From an uncultured Spirochaetaceae bacterium (GTDB lineage: Bacteria > Spirochaetota > Spirochaetia > Sphaerochaetales > Sphaerochaetaceae): a stretch of DNA of 64,000 nt. The position numbers and the translations under genes are program-made. Every line of letters begins with the position of its first letter. Within the stretch, counting starts at the first letter, position 1. The DNA lies in NCBI GenBank assembly GCA_944389295.1, contig CALXLV010000028.1, positions 16,504 to 80,503 on the forward strand. Direction: 5' to 3'. Below are positions 45,853 to 54,521 of the stretch, in pieces. The notes beneath the pieces are model-generated. The model did not search any database. It was given only the letters and a program-made list of their open reading frames with translations, and was not told where the DNA came from.

Positions 45853-47572
45853 CGAGACTGCCTCCTCTTGTCTGCGTCTGGTAGAGATCGCGGTAATCAG
45901 CATTGCGCTCAAGGAGCTCTGAATGCGTACCCACATCCTCCACGCTTCCGTTGTTCATGATGATTATCTGGTCGGCATCCATCACGGATGACAGACGCTG
46001 GCTTATGATTATCTTCGTAAGGTCCTTCACATCCTCCCGCAGAGCCCGCCTGATGGATGCATCGGTTGCGGTGTCGACTGCGGATGTGGAGTCGTCCATT
46101 ATAAGTATCTTAGGCTTTTTCAGAAGCGCACGCGCTATGCAGAGCCTCTGCCTCTGGCCTCCTGAGAAGTTTGTGCCGCCCTGGTCGACATGGCTCTGGT
46201 AGCCGTCCTTCATTGCCTCGACAAACGGGGATGCGGATGCGACATCGCACGCGGCCTTAATCTCCTCATCGCTGGCATCCGGATTGCCCCACCTCAGGTT
46301 CTCCGCGACAGTACCGGAGAAGAGAGTGTTCTTCTGCAGGACAACCGACACCTCGTTCCTGAGTGATTCAAGATTGTACTCCCTGACATCATGGCCTCCG
46401 ACAGAGACGCGTCCCTCGGTAGTGTCATACAGCCTCGCGATAAGGGAAATAAGGGAGGTCTTTCCTGAACCTGTGTTGCCGATTATTCCGATCATCTGCC
46501 CGCTCTTTATATCGAGGTTCACATCGCTGAGCACCCTTGACTTGCCGCCGTATCCGAATGAGACGTGCTCGAATTTCACGGAACCGTCGGGAATCTCCTT
46601 AAGTCCGCCTGGATTGGTGTCCATGCTGGGCTCTGTCCTCAGCACCTCCGCGATTCTCACCATCGATGCATGGGCTATCGAGAGCATGACGATAACCATG
46701 CCGGTCATAACAAGCGACGAGAGAATCTGGCCTGTGTATGTATATATGCTCATCAGCTCGCCCGTCTCCATATGGCCTATGTTGATAAGGCGCGCGCCGA
46801 AGTATGATATCGCTATCATGCAGCAGTATGTGACGGTCATCATCAGCGGACCCATCAGCGCCATGATCGTCTGGCCGCGCTTGAAGTTGGAGCGTATCGT
46901 CTCCGTAGCTTCCTCAAACTTCCCGAGCTGCTCCTCCTCCCTCACATACGCCTTGACGGTGCGTATGCCGTTGAGGTTCTCCTGCACCACTCTGTTGAAT
47001 ACATCGTAGCCGCGGAAAGCGTTCGAGAACGCCGTATAAGTGCGGCGGAAGATGAGGAAGATGCAGACAGCGACAACCGGGATGGCGACAGCGAATACAA
47101 GCGAGAGTATTCCGCCGTTGTGGTAGACCATTATGATCGCGAAGATGAACATTATAGGCGAACGCACGCATATCCTTATCATCATCTGGAAGGACTGCTG
47201 GACGTTCTGAACATCGGTGGTCATTCTCGTTATCAGAGAGGAAGTGGAGAACTTGTCCACATCCGCGAAGGAGAAGTCCATTATTCTCGAGTAAAGATCA
47301 TTGCGGATATTCGTAGCGAACCCCGCTGAGGCTTTGGAGGCGCTCCAAGCGCCGGCCATGCCGAAGGAAAGCGACAGCGCCGCCGCGACCACGATCATTA
47401 TTCCGACGCGCAGTACGTAGCCCATATCCTGAGCCGTCACGCCGCGGTCAACTATAACCGCCATCAGTGTCGGTATGAGGACTTCCATCGCAACCTCTCC
47501 GACCATGAAAAGAGGAGTGATGAAAGCGTACTTTTTGTACTCCCTCACCCTCGACAAGAGTGTTTTCAGCAT
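45845..47572 (-). CDS. ABC exporter, fused permease/ATPase (heterodimer partner A)
   Basis: Walker A GNTGSGKTS, signature FSGGQRQRLCIARA, Walker B ILIMDDSTSAVD. Confidence 0.9.
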   Translation of the reverse strand: MLKTLLSRVREYKKYAFITPLFMVGEVAMEVLIPTLMAVIVDRGVTAQDMGYVLRVGIMIVVAAALSLSFGMAGAWSASKASAGFATNIRNDLYSRIMDFSFADVDKFSTSSLITRMTTDVQNVQQSFQMMIRICVRSPIMFIFAIIMVYHNGGILSLVFAVAIPVVAVCIFLIFRRTYTAFSNAFRGYDVFNRVVQENLNGIRTVKAYVREEEQLGKFEEATETIRSNFKRGQTIMALMGPLMMTVTYCCMIAISYFGARLINIGHMETGELMSIYTYTGQILSSLVMTGMVIVMLSIAHASMVRIAEVLRTEPSMDTNPGGLKEIPDGSVKFEHVSFGYGGKSRVLSDVNLDIKSGQMIGIIGNTGSGKTSLISLIARLYDTTEGRVSVGGHDVREYNLESLRNEVSVVLQKNTLFSGTVAENLRWGNPDASDEEIKAACDVASASPFVEAMKDGYQSHVDQGGTNFSGGQRQRLCIARALLKKPKILIMDDSTSAVDTATDASIRRALREDVKDLTKIIISQRLSSVMDADQIIIMNNGSVEDVGTHSELLERNADYRDLYQTQTRGGSLDA

Positions 47573-47985
47573 ACCATCTCCTCCAGTACGCTCCTGAGTC
47601 TCATGCAGGTATCCATGAACTCGTCCTTCTCCGGAAGTGCCGCCGCAAGCGCCTCCTCGATCTTCTCCATCTGTTCTCCTGCTGCCCTGAGCTTCTCCCG
47701 GCCTGAATCAGTGATGACTATGCGCCTCATGCGGCCGTCGCCGGGCATCCTCTCCCGCTGCAGAAGCCCCATCTCCTCCATCGAGTCGACAAGGGATGAG
47801 ACTGTGGCGCGGGACATGGAGAACCCCCTCTCGATATCCTTCTGGGGACGGCCGTCATCTGCAATGCATGCAAGTATCCTGAGCTGGGCGGAGCTGAGCC
47901 CGATAGAGCGCATGCTCCTGTCCCCCGCCCTGCGCACAAGCCGCCCGAGGGAGCCGAGCATGAAAAGAATCATATCATCCTTCAT
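47566..47985 (-). CDS. MarR-family transcriptional regulator
   Basis: 139 aa. The wHTH segment LSSAQLRILACIADDGRPQKDIERGFSMSRATVSSLVDSMEEMGLLQRE is present. It overlaps the ABC gene start. Confidence 0.85.
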   Translation of the reverse strand: MKDDMILFMLGSLGRLVRRAGDRSMRSIGLSSAQLRILACIADDGRPQKDIERGFSMSRATVSSLVDSMEEMGLLQRERMPGDGRMRRIVITDSGREKLRAAGEQMEKIEEALAAALPEKDEFMDTCMRLRSVLEEMVC

Positions 47986-48077
47986 AGTTCGCTTCCGAAC
48001 AGATAATAAGAACCATGGAAAGGACAGTCAACATTTCCGCAGCTGTTCATGAAAACTTCACAAAGGGCGGAAATAAG

Positions 48078-48102
48078 AAAGACCTGCGCCTGGCAGGTCT
48101 TT
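48078..48102 (-). terminator. Hairpin terminator after the decarboxylase-beta/micropeptide pair
   Basis: AAAGACCTGC-N5-GCAGGTCTTT, a 10-bp stem located 28 nt beyond the micropeptide stop. The minus-strand tail is CTTATTT. Confidence 0.5.
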
Positions 48103-48129
48103 CCCAGCTTTTTGAGGATGTACCTCAGA

Positions 48130-48246
48130 TCATTTATCCTTCTTCTTCGTTATCGCATTGAGAATTACGAGAGCAACGAAGAGAATGCCGAGAGCGCAGG
48201 CCAGAAGGCCCCAGCTTGAAAACGCTACGAAAAACACGTTTGGCAT
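48130..48246 (-). CDS. Unannotated 38-aa single-TM peptide (possible minimal OadG-like partner)
   Basis: Below the ORF-track size cutoff. ATG at 48246 is preceded by AGGAGG with a 6-nt spacer, 13 nt after the beta-subunit stop. The sequence is MPNVFFVAFSSWGLLACALGILFVALVILNAITKKKDK. Confidence 0.55.
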   Translation of the reverse strand: MPNVFFVAFSSWGLLACALGILFVALVILNAITKKKDK

Positions 48247-48259
48247 GTTCTACCTCCTA

Positions 48260-49360
48260 TCAGCCGAAGATCGGAAGAAGCTCCGAGAGCAGAAGACCAC
48301 CGGCAAGAACGGATGCGATCTGACCGGAGACATTCGCGCCGAGAGCGAACGGAAGAAGATGGTTCTGCTTGTTCGCCTCGATGCCGACCTTCTGGACAAC
48401 GCGTGATGACATCGGGAACGCGGAGATTCCGGCGCCGCCGATGAGCGGATTGATCTTCTTGTCCTTCGGCAGGAAGATGTTGACTATCTTGATGAAGATT
48501 ACACCGCATGCCGTATCGAAGATGAACGCGACAAGTCCGAAGCACATGATCATGATGGTCTCGGGCCTGAGAAGCGCCGGGCCTGACATCATCGGGGAGA
48601 TGGCAAGGCCGAGCATCAGCGTGATGAGCGGGGAAAGCATATCCTGAGCCGCACGCGAGAGGCTGTCGAGCACGCCGCACTCCCTGAGGAGGTTGCCGAA
48701 CATCAGCATTCCGACGAGAGCAGCCGAATCGGGAGCGAGGATACCGCAGACGATTGTCGTGACGATCGGGAAGATGATCCTTGTCGTCTTGGATACCGAT
48801 GCTGCGGAGTAGTGCATCTTTATCGCCCTCTCCTTCTTAGTGGTAGTAGCCTTGAGGACCACGGGCTGTATCATCGGCACGAGAGCCATGTAGCAGTACG
48901 CCACGACGAGGATCGCCGCCACGTAGTTTGAGTGCAGGCGCTGCGATACGAGGATGGCGGTAGGACCGTCAGCGGCTCCGATGATACCGATTGATGCGGC
49001 ATCGTTGAGAGGGAAGCCAAGAAGGGATGCGATTATCATTGAAATGAAGATACCGCCCTGTCCTGCAGCTCCGATGAAGATGAGCCACGGCTTAGAGATA
49101 AGCGGTCCGAAATCGATCATCGCACCGATTCCTATGAAGAGAAGAAGCGGGAACGCTTCCGCGCTCTCGATACCCACGTTGTACAGCCACTGCAGGATAG
49201 CATTGTCCTGGAGCATGACTGATCCCGGAAGGTTAACGAGTATCGCTCCGAAACCCATTGGCAAGAGGAGCGTAGGCTCCATCTCCTTCTTGATCGCCAG
49301 GTATATGAGGATCATACCCACGACGATCATGATCAGATTATAAATCATCTCGGTGTTCAT
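48260..49360 (-). CDS. Na+-translocating decarboxylase beta subunit (OadB/GcdB/MmdB family)
   Basis: Polytopic protein with family blocks LLLPMGFGAILVNLP, GIIGAADGPTAI and IGGAGISAFPMSSRV. The start is uncertain (ATG at 49360 or 49348; the ORF-track GTG is at 49399). Confidence 0.85.
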   Translation of the reverse strand: MNTEMIYNLIMIVVGMILIYLAIKKEMEPTLLLPMGFGAILVNLPGSVMLQDNAILQWLYNVGIESAEAFPLLLFIGIGAMIDFGPLISKPWLIFIGAAGQGGIFISMIIASLLGFPLNDAASIGIIGAADGPTAILVSQRLHSNYVAAILVVAYCYMALVPMIQPVVLKATTTKKERAIKMHYSAASVSKTTRIIFPIVTTIVCGILAPDSAALVGMLMFGNLLRECGVLDSLSRAAQDMLSPLITLMLGLAISPMMSGPALLRPETIMIMCFGLVAFIFDTACGVIFIKIVNIFLPKDKKINPLIGGAGISAFPMSSRVVQKVGIEANKQNHLLPFALGANVSGQIASVLAGGLLLSELLPIFG

Positions 49361-49498
49361 AACGACAGTAATGATATAAGAATAACACTCCTTTGTCACT
49401 TGATTGCTGCCCGCATGTGAGAAGATATGAGGGGAGAACGTCCGGAAACAGCGTCCGGACCGCTCCGGAATTCATAAAAATCTGAATACAACGACAGG

Positions 49499-49870
49499 TC
49501 ATCTCTCATGGCAGGAAGGACAGGTCATCTCGACCATCTTCTCTATCGCACTGTGCAGAACTCCTGTTTTCTCCGAGGAGGATGCCCTGTAATAGACCTC
49601 CTTCCCTGCCCTTCTGCTCTCTATAAGTCCGGCGCTTCTGAGCTGCCTAAGATGATGCGACACCGCAGGGCTCGACATTCCGACAAGCGCTGAGATATTG
49701 GTCACGCACTCCTCCGAATGGCAGAGAAGCCAGAATATCCTCAGGCGGCTTGAATCTCCAAGCTGGCGGAACACGCCGGCTGCTTCACTGAAATCATCAT
49801 CAGATGGCACCGGGCCGATGCTGCCGTTAATTCTGCCATGGTCATGGGGAAGATTCAAACTCTGCATCAA
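49499..49870 (-). CDS. ArsR/SmtB-family metalloregulator
   Basis: The wHTH segment LRIFWLLCHSEECVTNISALVGMSSPAVSHHLRQLRSAGLIESRR is present. Cys residues lie in helix 3 and at the C-terminus (CPSCH). Confidence 0.85.
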   Translation of the reverse strand: MMQSLNLPHDHGRINGSIGPVPSDDDFSEAAGVFRQLGDSSRLRIFWLLCHSEECVTNISALVGMSSPAVSHHLRQLRSAGLIESRRAGKEVYYRASSSEKTGVLHSAIEKMVEMTCPSCHER

Positions 49871-49934
49871 AATGCCTCCGCTGGAATATTAGCACAGAGA
49901 AAGGGCGGCTTAAAGAATTGAGTGCAGTCTGCTA

Positions 49935-49963
49935 TTGACTTCCCGGCATCAGAGAGATAATAT
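49935..49963 (+). promoter_or_regulatory. Sigma-70-type promoter candidate for the metal-efflux operon
   Basis: TTGACT (49935-49940), a 17-nt spacer, then TAATAT (49958-49963). Confidence 0.55.
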
Positions 49964-49971
49964 CAGAGCAA

Positions 49972-49993
49972 CAATTAAATATCTGTTTAATTG
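49972..49993. promoter_or_regulatory. Palindromic operator candidate (ArsR-family site)
   Basis: CAATTAAA-TATCTG-TTTAATTG with perfect 8-bp arms, immediately downstream of the -10 hexamer. Confidence 0.5.
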
Positions 49994-50017
49994 ATTGAAT
50001 ATTAAAGGATGGTCACC

Positions 50018-50236
50018 ATGAAGAAAACGTACCAGATAGAAGTGGACTGTGCGGCATGCGCCGACAAGATGGAGAGAGCGGCAAAGAAAACCGACGGCGT
50101 CAGCGACTGCACCGTCAACTTCATGATGCAGAGAATGACGGTGGAGTTTGACGGGAACGCCGATGCTGATACAGTCATGAAGAACGTCAGGAAGCAGTGC
50201 AGGAAAGTCGAAAGCGGCTGCGAGGTCTTTATCTGA
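50018..50236 (+). CDS. Heavy-metal-associated (HMA) domain metallochaperone
   Basis: Sequence MKKTYQIEVDCAACADKMERAAKK, with the CxxC motif in a ferredoxin-like fold of about 70 aa. The second ATG (50018) has better SD spacing than the one at 50009. Confidence 0.8.
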   Translation: MKKTYQIEVDCAACADKMERAAKKTDGVSDCTVNFMMQRMTVEFDGNADADTVMKNVRKQCRKVESGCEVFI

Positions 50237-50247
50237 GAGGACGAAAG

Positions 50248-52131
50248 ATGAACAGAAAACAGAGGATAATGCTTTTCCGCATACTGCTCTCGGCTCTGAT
50301 TATGGCTGTGCTGGCATTCATTCCGTCAGAAGGAGTGCTGAGGTTCGTGCTCTACCTCATCCCCTACCTCATCGCGGGATATGACATACTCATCAAAGCC
50401 GCGAGAGGAATAATAAACGGTCAGGTTCTCGATGAGTGCTTCCTGATGGCCGCTGCCACTGTAGGCGCAGTCGCCCTCGCGATCTATGAACAGAGCGGAG
50501 ACTATACCGAGGCTGTGGCGGTAATGCTCTTCTATCAGACGGGAGAGCTGTTCCAGAGCTATGCTGTCGGAAAAAGCCGGAAGAACATCACCGAGCTGAT
50601 GGACATACGTCCCGACTACGCCAACATCGAGAAGGACGGGAAGCTGGAGAAAGTCGATCCCGACTCCGTAGCTGTCGGCAGCATCATAGTTATCCAGCCG
50701 GGAGAGAAGGTTCCCATCGACGGCATCATCACGGAAGGAAGCTCTTCACTGAACACAAGCGCGCTCACGGGAGAGAGCCTGCCGCGCGAGGTGAAGGAAG
50801 GAGACAGGATAATCTCAGGCTCTGTGAACATGACAGGAGTTCTGAGAGTGCGCACGGAGAAAGCGTTCGGAGAATCCACGGTCTCGAAGATTCTCGATCT
50901 TGTGGAGAACGCGAGCTCAAGGAAATCGAAGTCTGAGGATTTCATATCAAAATTTGCCCGCATATATACTCCCGCCGTATGCATAAGCGCGCTGCTTCTG
51001 GCCCTTTTGCCGCCGGTTGCCAGCATTGCGATGGGAAATCCCGCAGGCTGGGAAATATGGATATACCGCGCCCTTACATTCCTTGTAATTTCCTGCCCAT
51101 GCGCGCTCGTGGTCTCGATACCGCTCTCGTTCTTCGCGGGAATAGGAGGCGCCAGCAAAGCGGGTGTGCTGATAAAAGGCTCAAACTATCTTGAGACACT
51201 TTCAAAGACAAAGACTGTGGTATTCGACAAGACGGGAACACTCACCGAGGGAGTATTCGAGGTAAGCGGGATACATCACAGCACGATGGCTGACGATAAG
51301 CTGATCGAATATGCCGCGCTCGCGGAGAGCGCATCGTCGCATCCGATATCGAAGAGCCTGCAGAAAGCCTACGGAAAGAGTGTGGACAGAACAAGAGTCG
51401 GGAATATCAGAGAACTTGGCGGAAAAGGCGTCAAAGCCACCGTTGACGGCAGAGCGATAGCCTGCGGCAACACCAAGCTGATGAAAGACCTAGGCGTTGA
51501 TGCCGCAGAGTGCCGCAGCGCCGGAACTGTCGTGCATATGGCGGTTGACGGGAAGTATGCCGGACACATAGTCATCTCCGATATAATAAAGTCCGCGGCA
51601 GGAGAAGCCGTCAGGGCGCTGAGGAAAGCAGGCGTCAGCAGAATCGTGATGCTTACCGGTGATTCCGAGAAAAGCGCCAGGGAGGTCGCTGACAAGCTCG
51701 GCATAGAGACTTTCTACAGCGGCCTTCTGCCAGCGGATAAAGTCGCAAAAGTCGAGGAACTGCTTTCCGAGGAGAAAAACGGCGGAAAGCTCGCCTTTGT
51801 CGGCGACGGCATAAACGATGCACCGGTGCTGCGCAGGGCCGATATAGGAATCGCGATGGGAGCGATGGGATCGGATGCGGCCATCGAGGCAGCTGACGTG
51901 GTGCTGATGGACGACGATCCGATGAAGATCGTCAAGGCGATCAGAATCTCAAAGAAATGTCTCGCGATCGTCTACCAGAACATAGTGTTCGCGATCGGGG
52001 TCAAGCTGCTCTGCCTCCTGCTCGGCGCTCTGGGAATCGCAAACATGTGGCTCGCGATCTTCGCGGACGTGGGCGTGATGATAATAGCAGTGCTGAATGC
52101 GATAAGGGCGCTCTTTGTAAGAAAGCTCTGA
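50248..52131 (+). CDS. P1B-type heavy-metal (Cd/Zn/Co-type) translocating ATPase
   Basis: CPCALVVS in the transmembrane helix, phosphorylation site DKTGTLT, hinge GDGINDAP, TGES actuator motif. ATG at 50248 (MNRKQRIMLF). Confidence 0.9.
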   Translation: MNRKQRIMLFRILLSALIMAVLAFIPSEGVLRFVLYLIPYLIAGYDILIKAARGIINGQVLDECFLMAAATVGAVALAIYEQSGDYTEAVAVMLFYQTGELFQSYAVGKSRKNITELMDIRPDYANIEKDGKLEKVDPDSVAVGSIIVIQPGEKVPIDGIITEGSSSLNTSALTGESLPREVKEGDRIISGSVNMTGVLRVRTEKAFGESTVSKILDLVENASSRKSKSEDFISKFARIYTPAVCISALLLALLPPVASIAMGNPAGWEIWIYRALTFLVISCPCALVVSIPLSFFAGIGGASKAGVLIKGSNYLETLSKTKTVVFDKTGTLTEGVFEVSGIHHSTMADDKLIEYAALAESASSHPISKSLQKAYGKSVDRTRVGNIRELGGKGVKATVDGRAIACGNTKLMKDLGVDAAECRSAGTVVHMAVDGKYAGHIVISDIIKSAAGEAVRALRKAGVSRIVMLTGDSEKSAREVADKLGIETFYSGLLPADKVAKVEELLSEEKNGGKLAFVGDGINDAPVLRRADIGIAMGAMGSDAAIEAADVVLMDDDPMKIVKAIRISKKCLAIVYQNIVFAIGVKLLCLLLGALGIANMWLAIFADVGVMIIAVLNAIRALFVRKL

Positions 52132-52137
52132 TTCTCT

Positions 52138-52167
52138 CCCCTGCCCGGCGGCGGGGGATTCTTCTTT
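52138..52167 (+). terminator. Rho-independent terminator after the ATPase gene
   Basis: CCCCTGCC-CGGC-GGCGGGGG (one G-U pair) followed by ATTCTTCTTT. Confidence 0.65.
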
Positions 52168-52199
52168 CCACTCCCTCCTGAAATTTCCTGAAATTTTTG

Positions 52200-52227
52200 T
52201 TGACAGCGTTACTAAACCGGTTAAGAT
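52200..52227 (+). promoter_or_regulatory. Sigma-70-type promoter with embedded LacI-type operator core
   Basis: TTGACA (52200-52205), a 16-nt spacer, then TAAGAT (52222-52227). The spacer contains the AAACCGGTTAA palindromic core (AACCGGTT fits AANCGNTT). Confidence 0.5.
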
Positions 52228-52259
52228 GGAATCAAGGGGAAACCCTGAAAAGGAGAAAA

Positions 52260-53621
52260 ATGATGAAAAGGACACTGAGTATCGTTCTCATCGCTCTTCT
52301 GGCTGTATCTCTTCCTCTCTTCGCACAGGGCGGAAAAGAGAGCGCAGAGGGAGAGGTTTACTTCCTCAACTTCAAGCCGGAGATCGCAGAAGTATATACA
52401 AACGAGGTCGAACCGGCCTTCGAGGAGGCGACAGGCATTCCTCTCAAGGTTGTGACCGCGGCATCAAACCAGTATGAGCCCACGCTCAGAAGCGAGATAA
52501 CGAAGTCCGAACCGCCGGTGATCTTCCAGGTGAACGGACCTGTCGGACTTGCAAACTGGAAGGACTACGCAGCTCCTCTTGAGGATACGGCAGTCTGCTC
52601 CATGCTCTCCGATCCCTCAATGGCACTTTCAGAGGACGGACATGTCTACGCCATCCCCTACACAGTCGAAGGCTACGGAATAATCTACAATGACGCGATC
52701 ATGCGCGCCTACTTCGCCCTTCCCGACAAGGCTGTATCGATAAGCTCTGCCGAGGAAATCAACAGCTTCGAGACTCTCAAGGCAGTGGTCGAGGATATGA
52801 CTGCGCACAAGGACGAGCTGGGAATACAGGGAGTTTTCGCTTCGACATCCATGGCTCCTGGAAGCGACTGGAGATGGCAGACGCACCTCTTCAACGTGCC
52901 TCTCTGGGCAGAGTTCAGGGACAAGTCAGGCGACAGCTCGCAGGCGCTTGCTGCAGCATTCGCGGCCAAGACATTCGATTTCACCTACAGCGCAGAGTTC
53001 AAGAATCTCTGGGATCTCTACCTTGACAACTCCGTATCGCCTAAGGGACTTCTCGGAGGAAAGAACGATGCCGATTCGATGGCGGAGTTCGCGCTCGGAC
53101 AGTGCGCCATGGTTCAGAACGGCAACTGGGGAGCCTCCCAGATACTCGGAGTTCCCGGCAACACGGTCGCTGACAGCGACATAAAGTTCCTCCCGCTCTA
53201 CATGGGACTGGAAGGAGAGGAAGGACAGGGAATCTGCGTCGGAACGGAGAACTACCTCTGCATCAACAAGAACGCATCGCCTGAGGCTCAGGCAAATGCC
53301 GTCAAGTTCCTCGAGTGGCTCTTCTCCTCCGCAGAGGGCAAGGACCTCGTTACGAACAGGCTCGGATTCATCACGCCGTTCAACACCTTCAGCGCAGAAG
53401 AGCAGCCCACCGATCCTCTGGCCCGCCAGGTGACAGAGTGGATGGCAAATACTTCAGTGAAGTCCGTGCCATGGACATTCGCAGGCATCCCGTCGGAGCA
53501 GTGGAAGGCCGATTTCGGCTCAGCGCTCCTGCAGTACATCAACGGTTCTATGGACTGGGACAGCGTCGTCAAGACAGCCCAGGACTCCTGGGCGCGTGAA
53601 GCCCAGCTCGCCGGAAGGTAA
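52260..53621 (+). CDS. Carbohydrate ABC transporter substrate-binding protein (CUT1 family)
   Basis: ATG at 52260 after AAAGGAG. Signal peptide MMKRTLSIVLIALLAVSLPLFAQG. About 450 aa, with a MalE-like size and composition. Confidence 0.8.
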   Translation: MMKRTLSIVLIALLAVSLPLFAQGGKESAEGEVYFLNFKPEIAEVYTNEVEPAFEEATGIPLKVVTAASNQYEPTLRSEITKSEPPVIFQVNGPVGLANWKDYAAPLEDTAVCSMLSDPSMALSEDGHVYAIPYTVEGYGIIYNDAIMRAYFALPDKAVSISSAEEINSFETLKAVVEDMTAHKDELGIQGVFASTSMAPGSDWRWQTHLFNVPLWAEFRDKSGDSSQALAAAFAAKTFDFTYSAEFKNLWDLYLDNSVSPKGLLGGKNDADSMAEFALGQCAMVQNGNWGASQILGVPGNTVADSDIKFLPLYMGLEGEEGQGICVGTENYLCINKNASPEAQANAVKFLEWLFSSAEGKDLVTNRLGFITPFNTFSAEEQPTDPLARQVTEWMANTSVKSVPWTFAGIPSEQWKADFGSALLQYINGSMDWDSVVKTAQDSWAREAQLAGR

Positions 53622-53675
53622 GCCTCTGAGGCCGTCTCCTGGTGGGGACGGCCCTTTTCTTTCAGGAGGAATCCA

Positions 53676-54521
53676 ATGGAGAAATCAATAAGAAAGTGGT
53701 TCGCGCTCTTCGCGCTTCCCGGCCTCGTATGCTTTGCAGTAGCATTCCTTGTGCCGTTCGTGTGGGGATTCATCCTCTCGTTCTGCGAATTCACGACTAT
53801 CACAAACGCCAGCTTCACAGGTTTCTCGAACTATGTGAGGGCGTTCACCGTCGACAGCTACTTCACACAGTCGTTCGTATTCACGCTGCTCTTCACCGTC
53901 GTAAGCGTGATAACGATAAACCTCTTCGCATTCACCTTCGCCCTGCTGCTGACAAGGAATGTCCCCGGCACGAACGCGTTCAGGACGATAATATTCATGC
54001 CCAACCTGATCGGAGGCATCGTCCTCGGATGGATATGGAATGTGATAATCAACGGAGTGCTTGCTGCATTCGGCCTCAATATAATGTCCGATCCCAAATT
54101 CGGATTCTGGGGCCTTGTGATACTCATGAACTGGCAGAATGCCGGCTATATGATGGTCATTTACATCGCGGCCATACAGAACATCCCGCAGGATGAGCTT
54201 GAGGCAGCGGCGATAGACGGGGCAAACGGCTGGACAACGCTGACAAGGATAATAATTCCCTCGGTCATGCCCTCGATAACGATATGCCTCTTCCTGACGC
54301 TGACAAACGGCTTCAAGCTCTACGATCAGAACCTCGCGCTTACGGCGGGACAGCCGAATCACGGTACGGAAATGCTGGCAATGAACATCTTCAACACATT
54401 CTACAGCAGGATGGGATTTGAGGGAGTGGGACAGGCGAAAGCCGTTATATTCACCATAGTCGTCGCGCTCATCGCCCTCATACAGCTGAGATTCACAAGG
54501 GATAGGGAGGAGACAGCATAA
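53676..54521 (+). CDS. Carbohydrate ABC transporter permease (MalF/UgpA-like)
   Basis: 6 TM helices and the EAA loop DELEAAAIDGANGWTTLTRIIIP. Confidence 0.85.
   Translation: MEKSIRKWFALFALPGLVCFAVAFLVPFVWGFILSFCEFTTITNASFTGFSNYVRAFTVDSYFTQSFVFTLLFTVVSVITINLFAFTFALLLTRNVPGTNAFRTIIFMPNLIGGIVLGWIWNVIINGVLAAFGLNIMSDPKFGFWGLVILMNWQNAGYMMVIYIAAIQNIPQDELEAAAIDGANGWTTLTRIIIPSVMPSITICLFLTLTNGFKLYDQNLALTAGQPNHGTEMLAMNIFNTFYSRMGFEGVGQAKAVIFTIVVALIALIQLRFTRDREETA

Noticed and set aside
48158-48680. Plus- and minus-strand ORFs of 82-151 aa overlapping the decarboxylase beta gene
   Set aside because: They are alternative frames of a gene with strong family motifs, and their composition is not protein-like.
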